Shown here piece by piece: positions 1 through 10,155 of a stretch of 64,000 bases of DNA. The notes under the pieces are model-generated. The model saw only the letters and a list, made by a program, of their open reading frames with translations. It was not told where the DNA came from and searched no databases. The position numbers and the translations under genes are program-made. Positions within the stretch are counted from its first letter, which is position 1; each line of letters begins with the position of its first letter. This stretch comes from Nitrospinales bacterium. GTDB lineage: Bacteria; Nitrospinota; Nitrospinia; Nitrospinales; VA-1. Location: assembly GCA_965223795.1 (NCBI GenBank), contig CBDCXL010000002.1, positions 2,368,001 to 2,432,000 of the forward strand, in the 5' to 3' direction.

Positions 1-6
1 CCCAAT

Positions 7-3000
7 ATGTTCCTGCAGAAAAACAGATTTTCACTGGAAGAGGAGCGCTATCTGGGCACGAAAGGAAAGATTCACCTGACGGGCATTCAGGCCCTGGTGC
101 GGCTTCCTTTTGACAACCTGCGCCTTTTGCAAACGATTTTTCCGAAAAAGAAATTTGCCTATTTCATTTCCGGTTACGAAGGCAGTCCTCTGGGCGGACT
201 GGATATCAATTTAAGAAAGATGTATTCCCTGTTGAAAGAATGGAACATCATTCATTTGCCCGGCGGCAATGAGGAAGCGGGCGCAAACATGGTATGGGGA
301 AGCCAGCTTCACCGTCTGTTCGGTTCCGCAAAGGTGGACGGCGTCATCGGTGCCTGGTATGGAAAAGGTCCGGGGGTTCGGCGCATTTCCGACGTCGAAG
401 ATCACATGCAGATGGCGGGATTGGATAAGTTCTGCGCCGCCTACTTCATGAGCGGCGACGACCACACCAGCAAAAGCAGCACCACGCCGCATCAGACCGA
501 CTATGTGCATTTTGCCAACCAGGTGCCCACCGCTTACCCGGGCAATATCCAGGAGATCCTGGACATCGGGAAAAAAGCCACCCTTGCGTCCATGATTTCC
601 GGGCTGGCCGTCAATCTGAAAGTGGAGACTTTCGTCTGCGACGGCTCACAGGAATTTATTCTGGATCCCCATGAGGATTTGGAACTGGCCGAGAAATTCA
701 CTGCGTTTCTGGAGGAACATGCCGATTACAAAAGGCATTTCAGTCCGGTCCTGCTGAAACCCCGTGTTTTGGAGAACGAGGAAGAGCTTTTTTATTCCAA
801 ATTGCCCATGCTGAAAGAAATCTCGAAGCAATTCAAATTCGATATCTGGAAAAACCGGAAATTGAAATCCGAATTTGGAATTGTGGCGACCGGAAAGAGC
901 TATTACGACCTGATGGGCGCCCTGACGCAAATGGGCATTTTGGAAGAAGAAGTTGAAATATACAAACCGATGTTCGTCTGGCCGCCGGACACGGATTCCT
1001 TCCGGGAATTCATCCGGGGAAAAAAACAAATCATCGTGATCGAGGAAAAACGGTCCTTTTTCGAAAACCACATCAAGAATGAATTTTTCAATGACACGAA
1101 CCGACCTGCGGTCATCGGGAAATACGACGAGAACGGAAATGTTTTATTCCGGCAAAACTCCAATTTCGACGCTGATTACATCGTTCATGTTCTCGGTGGG
1201 ATTCTTGCCCGCAAAGACCAGTTCAAGGACCGGCATATCGAACGCATTGTCGATGAAAAAGAGAAATTAAATCACGTTTCCATCCCCGAAGAACTCACCG
1301 TTAAGCGGCCCCCGGCGTATTGTTCCGGTTGCCAGCACCGGACGGCGCTGGAAATTTCCGGCCACGACAATGAAAAGGGAACTTCAGAATCGATCCTGGT
1401 GGAAAACAAGGATCTCGACGGCAATCGCGTCCAGGTGGAGATCTCTCCCAAGCACCTGATGGGCATCGGCATTGGGTGTTCCACCATGGCCATCATCGAC
1501 AGTCTGGCGAGCAACCGCGCGATAGTGGTGGGGCCCATGGCCAGCGAAGGACTGCTCTGGATGGGCGCTTCGGTATTCAGTTTTCGAACCCATGCGGACC
1601 AGGGATGTGGAGATGGTACCTATTTTCATTCCGCCCGGCTCAATATCAGTTTCATCCGCGATGCCATTGAGCACTTAAAAGTGCACTACGATATCGACGA
1701 CACCCACCAGACGCTTCTTTATGTGGACAACAGTGTTGTAGCCATGACGGGAGGCCAACGTCCCATCGGTCAGGACGATCCGGAAACCGCTATATCCAGC
1801 ATCAAAAAGGAAGGTATTGAAAACATCGCGCTGGTCGCGGAATACCCCGAGGAGTTCAAACACCTCAAGAAAAAGTACGGCATCGAGACCTATCACAAAT
1901 CCGATACTTTGAGGGTGAAAGAAGAGTTTTCAAATAAATCCGGACTCAGCGTGATCTGGTATGTGCAGAAATGTGGCATCGAAAAAGTTCGGGAGCGAAA
2001 GAGGCACCAGGAACTGGCTCCCAGAATGCGGGTCCACGTCAATACAGAAGTGTGCGAGAACTGCGGCGATTGCGGTTTGAAAGCGAAATGCGCTTCCGTC
2101 TGGCAGACCGATACCGAATTCGGTCCGAAAGTGAGGATCCATGAATACAGCTGCATCCAGGATTTTGGTTGCGCCAAAGGCGAGTGCCCCTCTTATGTCA
2201 ATATTTACACCCGAAGTGGCAACCCCTATAAAAAAGTGGATTTGGACAAACTGTCTCTGCGGGACGAAGACCTGCCCGATCCCAATCGAGAGATTCATCC
2301 CGACAAAATTTTCAAAATCTACTCGGTGGGAATCGGCGGATGGGGACTCATGACCGCTTATGAAATTCTAGCCAGAGCCGCTTCTATCGAAGGCATGCAT
2401 GTCGTCAAAGAAGATGACACCGGGTTGTCCCAAAAGGGAGGAGAGGTGCGCAACAGCCTGAAGATTTCCTACAAGAACAAAAAACTGATCGAAGGATTTA
2501 AAATTGAGGCTGGAGGTGCCGACTTATACATGTGCTCGGATTTGATCGGAGCGGTGAATCCGGAGAATCTGAAGGAAACCTCCAGAAAAAAAACCAAGGC
2601 CATTATCAATACGGAAAAAATACCCACCATGCCCATGATCGTCGGCAAGGATACATTCCCCGATCCTGAAGCCCTGAAAAAAATCGTCACCGATCACACT
2701 CGAAAGGGAAAAAATATATTTGTCAATGCGACCGAAATCGTGGAAGGCCTGTTTAAAGATTTCAAACCAACCAATCTATTTTTGTTGGGTGTTGCTTTCC
2801 AGGGCATCAAAGACTTTCCTGTAAAATACGCTAAAAACATTGAAAACGCCATTTTTCTCAACGGGGTGGATGTTGAGAAGAACATTCAGGCGTTCCGCTA
2901 TGGAAGGCTGTATGAATTCGCTCCCGAGAAAGTGCTTTCTCTGATTCGTTCACCCGAGCCCACCGTCGAAGATAAAATACAAGGGTATGAACAAAAGCTG

Positions 3001-3804
3001 CGTGGAAAGGACAAATCGCGTTTCAGCGACTTGGTGAGGCGCATCGATTTTAATGAAGATTACCGAGGGAAATTTGCACGTGAAATTTACGAGTTGATTC
3101 GTTTCCAAAATGCAAAATACGCCGAGGAATTCGTCAACTTCGTTCAAAGGGTGTTCCTGATCGACACCGATCAGTTCCCCGCAAACCGGCTTGTCCTGAC
3201 AAAGACCGTGGCGGATCATTTGTATGATGTCATGGCTTACAAAGACGAGTACCGGGTGGCCGATCTGTTGACCCGCCCTGAAGAAATTCAAAAAATACTG
3301 GATTCGTATGAAGACGGGGAGGTGGTCAAAATTCGATTCCTTTTGCGGCCTCCCATTCTCGAACATTTTCCCTGGATCAAAGACCTTAAATTTGTCAGAG
3401 ATAAATTTGAAAAAGATGATAAATGGGAAGTGCCCGGATGGATGCTGACTATCCTCAGGCACTTTAAGTTTCTGCGTGGAACGGCATTCGATGTTTTGGC
3501 CTGGGGAAATGCAACCAGAATCGAAGAAAAAAAGGCGATCTCAATATACAGGCAAAGAATGGAAGGAATTCTCGCTCTATTGAATGACTCTAATTACGAG
3601 GCTGCCTGTGCTGCTGCCACTTATCCGAGCCTCGCCACGGGTTATGAAACGGTGAAGAAGAAGCACAGTCAGGTCGCTGAAGCGTTTTGGAGCAAAAAAT
3701 GGACTGAGCTTGAAAACAGCGTTCAACTTCCTGGCGGGAATGATAAGAACTCCAATCGACACCGCCGATCGGAATCCTCGCTCTCCAGCGCGAATCCAGA
3801 ATGA
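7..3804 (+). CDS. Indolepyruvate:ferredoxin oxidoreductase family protein, fused alpha/beta type
   Basis: 1265 aa. Motifs LTGIQALVRL, SGYEGSPLGG, WYGKGPG, GDDH, YCSGCQH, TPP-binding GDGTYFHS, ferredoxin CENCGDCG...C, gamma-domain TGLSQKGG, and C-terminal MAYKDEYRVA. Confidence 0.9.
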   Translation: MFLQKNRFSLEEERYLGTKGKIHLTGIQALVRLPFDNLRLLQTIFPKKKFAYFISGYEGSPLGGLDINLRKMYSLLKEWNIIHLPGGNEEAGANMVWGSQLHRLFGSAKVDGVIGAWYGKGPGVRRISDVEDHMQMAGLDKFCAAYFMSGDDHTSKSSTTPHQTDYVHFANQVPTAYPGNIQEILDIGKKATLASMISGLAVNLKVETFVCDGSQEFILDPHEDLELAEKFTAFLEEHADYKRHFSPVLLKPRVLENEEELFYSKLPMLKEISKQFKFDIWKNRKLKSEFGIVATGKSYYDLMGALTQMGILEEEVEIYKPMFVWPPDTDSFREFIRGKKQIIVIEEKRSFFENHIKNEFFNDTNRPAVIGKYDENGNVLFRQNSNFDADYIVHVLGGILARKDQFKDRHIERIVDEKEKLNHVSIPEELTVKRPPAYCSGCQHRTALEISGHDNEKGTSESILVENKDLDGNRVQVEISPKHLMGIGIGCSTMAIIDSLASNRAIVVGPMASEGLLWMGASVFSFRTHADQGCGDGTYFHSARLNISFIRDAIEHLKVHYDIDDTHQTLLYVDNSVVAMTGGQRPIGQDDPETAISSIKKEGIENIALVAEYPEEFKHLKKKYGIETYHKSDTLRVKEEFSNKSGLSVIWYVQKCGIEKVRERKRHQELAPRMRVHVNTEVCENCGDCGLKAKCASVWQTDTEFGPKVRIHEYSCIQDFGCAKGECPSYVNIYTRSGNPYKKVDLDKLSLRDEDLPDPNREIHPDKIFKIYSVGIGGWGLMTAYEILARAASIEGMHVVKEDDTGLSQKGGEVRNSLKISYKNKKLIEGFKIEAGGADLYMCSDLIGAVNPENLKETSRKKTKAIINTEKIPTMPMIVGKDTFPDPEALKKIVTDHTRKGKNIFVNATEIVEGLFKDFKPTNLFLLGVAFQGIKDFPVKYAKNIENAIFLNGVDVEKNIQAFRYGRLYEFAPEKVLSLIRSPEPTVEDKIQGYEQKLRGKDKSRFSDLVRRIDFNEDYRGKFAREIYELIRFQNAKYAEEFVNFVQRVFLIDTDQFPANRLVLTKTVADHLYDVMAYKDEYRVADLLTRPEEIQKILDSYEDGEVVKIRFLLRPPILEHFPWIKDLKFVRDKFEKDDKWEVPGWMLTILRHFKFLRGTAFDVLAWGNATRIEEKKAISIYRQRMEGILALLNDSNYEAACAAATYPSLATGYETVKKKHSQVAEAFWSKKWTELENSVQLPGGNDKNSNRHRRSESSLSSANPE

Positions 3805-3810
3805 TTCGCT

Positions 3811-4695
3811 TCATGACAATTCAATCACGTTCTCATACACTCCCAATCTGACCTGCAACCCGTTCTCCACACTACGAGATGAAGGCACCGTGAATCTCCC
3901 CGTCCGGGTAAAAGAAAGCATAGCGCCGAAATTCACATAGCCGTCATCGGGGTAAACAACGCTGCAATTTTTGATCAGTTCGCCCACACTGTTTTTCGGT
4001 CCCTTGAGAACGGGTGCCTGCTTCCTTTTAAAGACTTGCTCGACACCGATGGTATAAGGGATCTTCCCTTTTTTCGTCTTCTGGTAGGTGTTGCACAAGA
4101 AACCTCGATCGAACACCTGAGATTGCACCAGACGATCGATGACCTCAGCCGCTGCACCCTCTGCGCCGTTGCCGAAATTCGCCGGACAAAGTAGAGCATC
4201 GGCCTTCAACCGTTCCAAAGACAACAGCTGCAGCACGTATAGATCGGAGCAAAGCACAAAAAATACACTGTATTCCCGGCCATTCTGAGAAACGGTGACC
4301 CTGTTGAGATAGTCGTAGGGAGTTACGTTCATTTTCGGAAAACTTTCATCCAGATGATTTATCTCAAACGATTGAGGCGTGATTTTTGCCTGCGGGCAAT
4401 GGACGCGTCCGTTGGCAGAAAAAACAAACAGGGCGTTGTGATTGACTTTGGAATCTGCTTTGGGAAGGTCATCAGCAGGCAGATTCAACGTGGTGATGAG
4501 AGTGATCTTCTTTTGCGAAGCCAATTGGGAGAGCTTCGCATAAGCTCGCTTGGAACCTTCGAGGGTGTAAGCGCCGTATTCGGGAAAAAGGACGGTGGCT
4601 CCTTTTTCCTTGAAACCTGATATTTTTAGAATCTCTGCAAGCTGTTCTTCCTCCCGGGCCATTCCAAACGGATGCAGGTCGATCTTCAAGGCCAT
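3811..4695 (-). CDS. Divergent carbon-nitrogen hydrolase (nitrilase superfamily)-like protein
   Basis: Triad-like motifs in the expected order: VLFPEY (Glu), HNALFVF...QAKITP (Lys), VLCSDL (Cys). Confidence 0.6.
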   Translation of the reverse strand: MALKIDLHPFGMAREEEQLAEILKISGFKEKGATVLFPEYGAYTLEGSKRAYAKLSQLASQKKITLITTLNLPADDLPKADSKVNHNALFVFSANGRVHCPQAKITPQSFEINHLDESFPKMNVTPYDYLNRVTVSQNGREYSVFFVLCSDLYVLQLLSLERLKADALLCPANFGNGAEGAAAEVIDRLVQSQVFDRGFLCNTYQKTKKGKIPYTIGVEQVFKRKQAPVLKGPKNSVGELIKNCSVVYPDDGYVNFGAMLSFTRTGRFTVPSSRSVENGLQVRLGVYENVIELS

Positions 4696-4738
4696 GAGGA
4701 CCTCTTTTCAGCCACGAGATTTTCTTAAAACCACCCTG

Positions 4739-5785
4739 TCACTTTCCAACAAATACAGGTATCTTTTCCAGAGGATCGGAAGTGAGCACCGAATTCACCC
4801 CAACCCTTCTATCCTGCGTATTCATCAATTCAAAGCACAATTCCAACTCGCATCGGGACATCTCTTCCAAACCATCAAAATGCTTTCGGTTCACCTCAGG
4901 GTGGCGGTCCAGCAATTGAAACACAGAATCCGCGGCCTTCGGTGCGATGGGCCGCCCGAGTTCTTTTAGTTTGCCCTGAACAAACTGGTTGATCAATGGG
5001 TCTTTCTTTTCAGTGCTCAACTTATGGTTTTTGAGCTTTTCAGCAGCCTCATCGATCAACGCGCGGTATCGTGTGGCATCGGTTCTGATGGCCACGATCG
5101 TTTCGATTTCCTCCCTGATCCTCAATGATTCGATGCTTCTTCCGGTCTCCGGCTGGGAGCACGTGGCCAGATCCAATGCCATTTTAAAGATCGAGTTCTG
5201 CGGACCGATTGTGTTCACCAGTCCCGTTTTGAGCATCGCATCTGCATCGATTCTGTCGCCCGTCGCGGCCAAATAGAGCGCATTCTCCCAATTGGAACGC
5301 AGCAGGACGTTCAAAATGCCATTCCACCCCGGTATCAACCCGATATTGATTTCAGAAAACCGAATCGCGGCTTCAGGTGTGCATACGCTGAATTCAGCCA
5401 TCAAGGGCCATTCCACGGATCCGCCATAACGCTCGCCCTGAATCACCGAGACCGTTCTTATATCCGGGGCGAATTGTTTGATTTTCAGATCCAGATCGGC
5501 GCCTGCCGCCAAATATCCGTGCACCGTTTCGGGATCGATGCTGCCTTTAAAAAGATTGAGATCGGCGCCTGCATGGATCTTTGCAAAGGCTCCATAGAAA
5601 ACGATAAAAGACCGGGTGTTTTCCTCTGCAATCACATCCAGGGCTTTGTCAATTTCTTTGAGGGCCTGCAAGGGAACCGAATTCACCGGATTGTCCGGAT
5701 TGTTGATTTCAACCAATCCGCCCGTCCTGCCGTTGTGCTTTTTTTCGGTCAGTGTGACGTATTTCCCGGTAAAGAGCGTTCCCAT
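4739..5785 (-). CDS. Enoyl-CoA hydratase/isomerase (crotonase) family protein
   Basis: HAGADL oxyanion loop, YGGSVE, FSEINIGLIPGW; lies within the acyl-CoA operon. Confidence 0.85.
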   Translation of the reverse strand: MGTLFTGKYVTLTEKKHNGRTGGLVEINNPDNPVNSVPLQALKEIDKALDVIAEENTRSFIVFYGAFAKIHAGADLNLFKGSIDPETVHGYLAAGADLDLKIKQFAPDIRTVSVIQGERYGGSVEWPLMAEFSVCTPEAAIRFSEINIGLIPGWNGILNVLLRSNWENALYLAATGDRIDADAMLKTGLVNTIGPQNSIFKMALDLATCSQPETGRSIESLRIREEIETIVAIRTDATRYRALIDEAAEKLKNHKLSTEKKDPLINQFVQGKLKELGRPIAPKAADSVFQLLDRHPEVNRKHFDGLEEMSRCELELCFELMNTQDRRVGVNSVLTSDPLEKIPVFVGK

Positions 5786-5786
5786 G

Positions 5787-7223
5787 CTACGGACCCTTAT
5801 TCTTTTCGTATTTTTTCTGTTCCATTTGAGAGATCACTCCCTCTAAAACTTCCGGAACGGCTTCGCCGAAATAATAAAGGAAACTGTCCAGGTAGTGTTT
5901 GAGGCTGTGGGTTTCCTTGACAATAGAACTGGCTCCTCCGATTTTCACAAAATGATCGCAGGCCTTTTGCGCGACCAGCGAGGCTTTGAGCTTGGCCCCG
6001 TTCGCCGCGATCACATATTCTCTTAAGCATTCCGGATTGGAAGGATCGGAATCATAGCACCCTTTGAGCCAGGCGGCGCGGTAGGTCATGTCGCGGGCCG
6101 CATTGATTTCCATGGACATTTCCGCAACTTTTGCCTGCGTGCGGTCGTATTCGATCAGGTGTTTTCCAGCTGCTTTTTTTCCCCCGACGGCGATCGACAT
6201 GTATTCGTCAAATGCCCTCTGAGCCAGGCCGGTGGCCAGGGCTGCAATCGTGATTCTGCCTGAATTCAGCATCCGGATGCCATAACGATTTCCCGCACCG
6301 ATTTCACCGACGACATTTTCAAGAGGCACCTTCACTTCGTTGAAAAGGATCTCTCCCAATGAGGAGTTTTCGACGATTCTCTTTTCAAAAATCTGTCCCA
6401 TTCGGACTCCTTTAATCCCCCTTTCTACCAAAAATAACGACACCCCCTGTTCCGGATGGTCTGAAGTCCGGGCGAAGACCACGAACACGTCCGCCGTTTC
6501 TGCATTGGTGATCCACATTTTCGTGCCATTGAGGATGTAATGCGTTTTATCGGGAGAAAGGACCGCTTGGGTACTCATTTCCTTCATGATATTGGACCCG
6601 GAAGCGGATCCTTCCGTCAGACAGAACGCCGCCAGCTTCTCGCCGGCGATCAATGCTTTCAAAATCCCTTCGCCATATTCCGATAAACTCCCTGCTTCCC
6701 GGTTGAAGCGCAAGCCTTCGGCGCAGGTGTTGGAGATGGCGTAACGAATGGCCACACTGGGGGACGCTTTTCCAAGAATTTCCAAAAGAGCGACGAACAA
6801 GGTGAAAGGAAATCCCATGCCGCCCAGTTCTTCTGAAAAAGAAATTCCCGGAAGTCCTCCGCCTGCGATCCCGCCATACACGGCATCGGGTATCTTTTCT
6901 TGCTGTTTGAGTTCCTCGGCAACTCGATCCAGAACATCGCAAACCAGGGCAGAAATGATTTCGGCTGAAAAAGGATCTTTGTTTTTTGTCAGAGATGCTT
7001 CAATTTTGTTTTTTAAATCAAACCGGTCGCTTTGGAACCGACCGCGAATCTCTTTGTAAGGATTTTTCGCTCTTTGGATCTCGGTTTGCTGCTCGGCGGG
7101 AAGAACGTTTTTTTCGACCCACCTTGCAAATTCATCCAGCATGGTTTGAAACGTTTCGTGGTCTGTGTGGTTTCCATAAACCATCCGGATCCAGTCTTTT
7201 TGAGCTTGAGTCACATAACTCAT
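5787..7223 (-). CDS. Acyl-CoA dehydrogenase with N-terminal extension
   Basis: ELGGMG, FCLTE..SGS, LNGTKMWITNA, GRITIAA, AKL.AS, KIGGA motifs. Confidence 0.92.
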   Translation of the reverse strand: MSYVTQAQKDWIRMVYGNHTDHETFQTMLDEFARWVEKNVLPAEQQTEIQRAKNPYKEIRGRFQSDRFDLKNKIEASLTKNKDPFSAEIISALVCDVLDRVAEELKQQEKIPDAVYGGIAGGGLPGISFSEELGGMGFPFTLFVALLEILGKASPSVAIRYAISNTCAEGLRFNREAGSLSEYGEGILKALIAGEKLAAFCLTEGSASGSNIMKEMSTQAVLSPDKTHYILNGTKMWITNAETADVFVVFARTSDHPEQGVSLFLVERGIKGVRMGQIFEKRIVENSSLGEILFNEVKVPLENVVGEIGAGNRYGIRMLNSGRITIAALATGLAQRAFDEYMSIAVGGKKAAGKHLIEYDRTQAKVAEMSMEINAARDMTYRAAWLKGCYDSDPSNPECLREYVIAANGAKLKASLVAQKACDHFVKIGGASSIVKETHSLKHYLDSFLYYFGEAVPEVLEGVISQMEQKKYEKNKGP

Positions 7224-7227
7224 TTCG

Positions 7228-8130
7228 CTACTCCTGGTTCAGAAACCGCGCAACGGCCGGGTTCACTCCCTGGGGTTTGTTGGCTTCCCATCGATAAAAC
7301 CCGGCTCCGTTTTTGTTGCCGTAAAATCCTCCATCGATCAAGCGGATCAATAAAGAAGCGGGCTTCAATCGTTCACCGAATTCCTGCTCGAGAACTGTGA
7401 GAATGAAGTGCGTGGTGTCAAGGCCAATCAGATCGGTCAAAGCCAGCGGTCCTATTGGATGGTTCAAGCAGAATTTCGCCCCATTATCGACATCTTCTAT
7501 GGTCGATGTGCCTTCTTCCACAACTTTTATGGCTTCATTGATCATCGGCATGAGTATCCGGTTGATGACGAAACCCGCTTTGTCTGAGGAATACACCGGC
7601 TTTTTGGCCAGCTGTTCGGCAAACCGCAATGTTTTTTCGAAGGTGTCGTTCGAGGTCTTGGCGCCGCGGATGATTTCCACACCGGGAATCAACGGGACCG
7701 GATTCATGAAATGCATTCCGATGCATGTTTCCGGGTGATGTGTGCAGGAAGCGAGATCCGTAATGGGAATGGACGAGGTATTGGATGCAAAGATCGTTTC
7801 CCTGCTGCAGAGGTCATTCAGGTTTTTAAAAAGCTTTCTTTTTTCATTGCGGTCTTCAATGATGGCTTCGATGATGAACGCTGACTCCGCCACCGCCTCC
7901 AGGCGATCCGCAAAAGCAATATTTTCGCAAATCGCGAGCGCTTTTTTTTCGTCGAGCTCTCCTTTTTCCAAAAGCTTTTGGATCGCGTGCCTTATTTTCA
8001 GCACGCTCGCCGCCGCCATCCCCTTCTCGCTGTCATACAGCAAAACCGGGTACCCCGCCTGGGCCACCACCTGAGCGATTCCCCGCCCCATGGTTCCTGC
8101 CCCGATCACGGAAATCGTTTGTTTCCCCAT
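7228..8130 (-). CDS. 3-hydroxyacyl-CoA (3-hydroxybutyryl-CoA) dehydrogenase
   Basis: GAGTMG Rossmann motif, SNTSSI, GMHFMNP, GFVINR, HPIGPL. Confidence 0.93.
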   Translation of the reverse strand: MGKQTISVIGAGTMGRGIAQVVAQAGYPVLLYDSEKGMAAASVLKIRHAIQKLLEKGELDEKKALAICENIAFADRLEAVAESAFIIEAIIEDRNEKRKLFKNLNDLCSRETIFASNTSSIPITDLASCTHHPETCIGMHFMNPVPLIPGVEIIRGAKTSNDTFEKTLRFAEQLAKKPVYSSDKAGFVINRILMPMINEAIKVVEEGTSTIEDVDNGAKFCLNHPIGPLALTDLIGLDTTHFILTVLEQEFGERLKPASLLIRLIDGGFYGNKNGAGFYRWEANKPQGVNPAVARFLNQE

Positions 8131-8144
8131 CTTGGCACCGGCGA

Positions 8145-8738
8145 TTAAATTTTATAATTGCTGCTGGGGCCATACCCTTCCGGCAATCGGCGTGATCCTT
8201 TTCTCACCCACATCACATCACTGGCGGTCGCTCTCGGCTCCTTGCGAAACACCGGCCTCAGTTCGTCCCCTTTTATCAGGGAATCGTAATCCTCGATGGA
8301 GACCATTCCGGCGGCAAGCGTGTCGAGTTCGATCTTTTCCGGCAGCACCGCCCGGACCCAGGCCACGGTCACCGGCAGATCGTTCATAAAACTGATCCCC
8401 GCCAATTCAACAGCAGTGGATTTGGTTTCGACAAAAAAACCGGTTGCGTCGGGCAGCGTTTTCCATTGGGTTTTTTCATAGCATTCGGCGCAATCCGCGC
8501 GGGGCACCTGATAACGAATGGTCCTGAGAATGTCGTGACCTTTTTCATTGCCGCAGTGGGAATAATAGAGCACGGCTTCTTCTTTTCGCATGATGCCCTG
8601 AAAATAGCGCGACATGCCGCCGTAACTTTTCTTGTAGCAAATCCGCACATTGCGTTCGGCAATGATGATTTGTTCCGGATGTCTCGATGGCTTGTAGCTT
8701 TTGTCCTGCGGCTGTAAAAACCTGTCTTCGACCGTCAT
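8145..8738 (-). CDS. Zn-ribbon/OB-fold DUF35 family thiolase partner
   Basis: Immediately downstream of a thiolase; HC...PRADCAEC Zn ribbon; OB-fold-like C-terminus (PVTVAWV, GDELRPVF). Confidence 0.7.
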   Translation of the reverse strand: MTVEDRFLQPQDKSYKPSRHPEQIIIAERNVRICYKKSYGGMSRYFQGIMRKEEAVLYYSHCGNEKGHDILRTIRYQVPRADCAECYEKTQWKTLPDATGFFVETKSTAVELAGISFMNDLPVTVAWVRAVLPEKIELDTLAAGMVSIEDYDSLIKGDELRPVFRKEPRATASDVMWVRKGSRRLPEGYGPSSNYKI

Positions 8739-8739
8739 G

Positions 8740-10155
8740 TCACCACCCTTTTTCGACCGTTGTTACCGTGATATCGCTTCCCGTCCCGGCATGGCTGTGG
8801 AACAGGGCCTTTTTTACATCCGGCACCTGCACTTCTGCGTGACCGTATTTTTCCTCAATCATCCCCCGCATCTGCCACAACACATCCACCGCCTGAGTGT
8901 TTCCGGTGGCTCCGACGCCGTGCATCTGACCGATGAGGCCGCCGGAGGGATTGACATACACGCCGTTTTCGCCGCCGATTTTGGGATTGACCGGAACCCT
9001 TCCCCTTTCATCCAGTGGCAGAATATTGAACAGGGATGCCGCCTTGCCGTACGGAACCATGCCCAGATCCTCCATGGTCTGAACGACACTGATGACGAAG
9101 GCATCGTGGATTTCGATGAGGTCGAAATGGTGCAGGGGATTTTCGGTGATGCCCGCCATCTCAAACGCTTTTTTGGCAGCCCATCTGCCGGCCCGAAACG
9201 AGTGCAGTCCGGGATATTCCAGCTTTTCATAATAAGCAACCAAATCGGGATCGGTCTTCTCGTGCGGCATGAGAAGTTCCTCCTGCACGAGGCCGCCGAT
9301 GGTCCGCGGCCGCTCGCCCGTTCGCATGCAGTCGGTGCCGTTGCCGATGCCGGTCACAACCACCGGCTGGTCGGTGAATTCTTTTGCCAGATCTTCCGAA
9401 GCCACGATGAGCGCGGAGGCTCCGTCCGTCATCAGGCAGCAATCCAGCCGGTACGAGGGCGTCGCTACGATACCGGATTTGGGGATATCGGAAACACCGA
9501 TGAAACCGCTGGTGGAGGGGGTCGCGTACGGGTTTTCGTGACTGGTTTGCGCGCGCCGGTTGTACTGGGCGTTGTTGCGCATGAGCACGGCGATCTTGTC
9601 GAACGCGTCGCGTATTTCTTCGGCAGACACCGTATTGCCGACAAACATGTCGATGTAGGCCTGGGCCATGGCTGCATAATACAGAGGATAAAATCCGCCC
9701 TGCGGAAGGTCGGTCACCGTGCAGGAGGCGTGCGCAATGAATTCATTGCCCTGAAATGTGTCCACCTCCGACATTTTTTCATACCCCACGGCGAGAACGA
9801 TGTCCTGCCTGCCGGAAGCGACTTTTTCGATGGCGGACTGCACCCCCAGGCCGCCGGTGCAGCCCCCTCCCACCACGCGGTAGGATTCGACGGGGTTCAA
9901 GCCGATGTAATCCCGCGTCAGCGCTTCGCCGAGCAACTGCCCGGCGAAATGATCGGCGAAATGGGTCACGATGACGCCCCCGCGCTCCCGCATCAATTTC
10001 CGGAAGTCCCGTGGCGCCAATCCCAGATCCGCCACCGCCTCTTTGGTGGCCTGCAGCACCATCTCATAGAACATCAGATCCGGATTGGCTTTGGCAAAAT
10101 GATCCACCTTCCCGCCTGCCAGCAGGACGACCTTTCGATTCAACGTTCCCGCCAT
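8740..10155 (-). CDS. Thiolase family protein (SCP2/archaeal-type)
   Basis: GGGCTGG, GYEKMS, DCC.MTDGASA, IEIHDAF, NPSGGL..HGVGATG. ATG at 10155 is preceded by GGGAGG. Confidence 0.88.
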   Translation of the reverse strand: MAGTLNRKVVLLAGGKVDHFAKANPDLMFYEMVLQATKEAVADLGLAPRDFRKLMRERGGVIVTHFADHFAGQLLGEALTRDYIGLNPVESYRVVGGGCTGGLGVQSAIEKVASGRQDIVLAVGYEKMSEVDTFQGNEFIAHASCTVTDLPQGGFYPLYYAAMAQAYIDMFVGNTVSAEEIRDAFDKIAVLMRNNAQYNRRAQTSHENPYATPSTSGFIGVSDIPKSGIVATPSYRLDCCLMTDGASALIVASEDLAKEFTDQPVVVTGIGNGTDCMRTGERPRTIGGLVQEELLMPHEKTDPDLVAYYEKLEYPGLHSFRAGRWAAKKAFEMAGITENPLHHFDLIEIHDAFVISVVQTMEDLGMVPYGKAASLFNILPLDERGRVPVNPKIGGENGVYVNPSGGLIGQMHGVGATGNTQAVDVLWQMRGMIEEKYGHAEVQVPDVKKALFHSHAGTGSDITVTTVEKGW

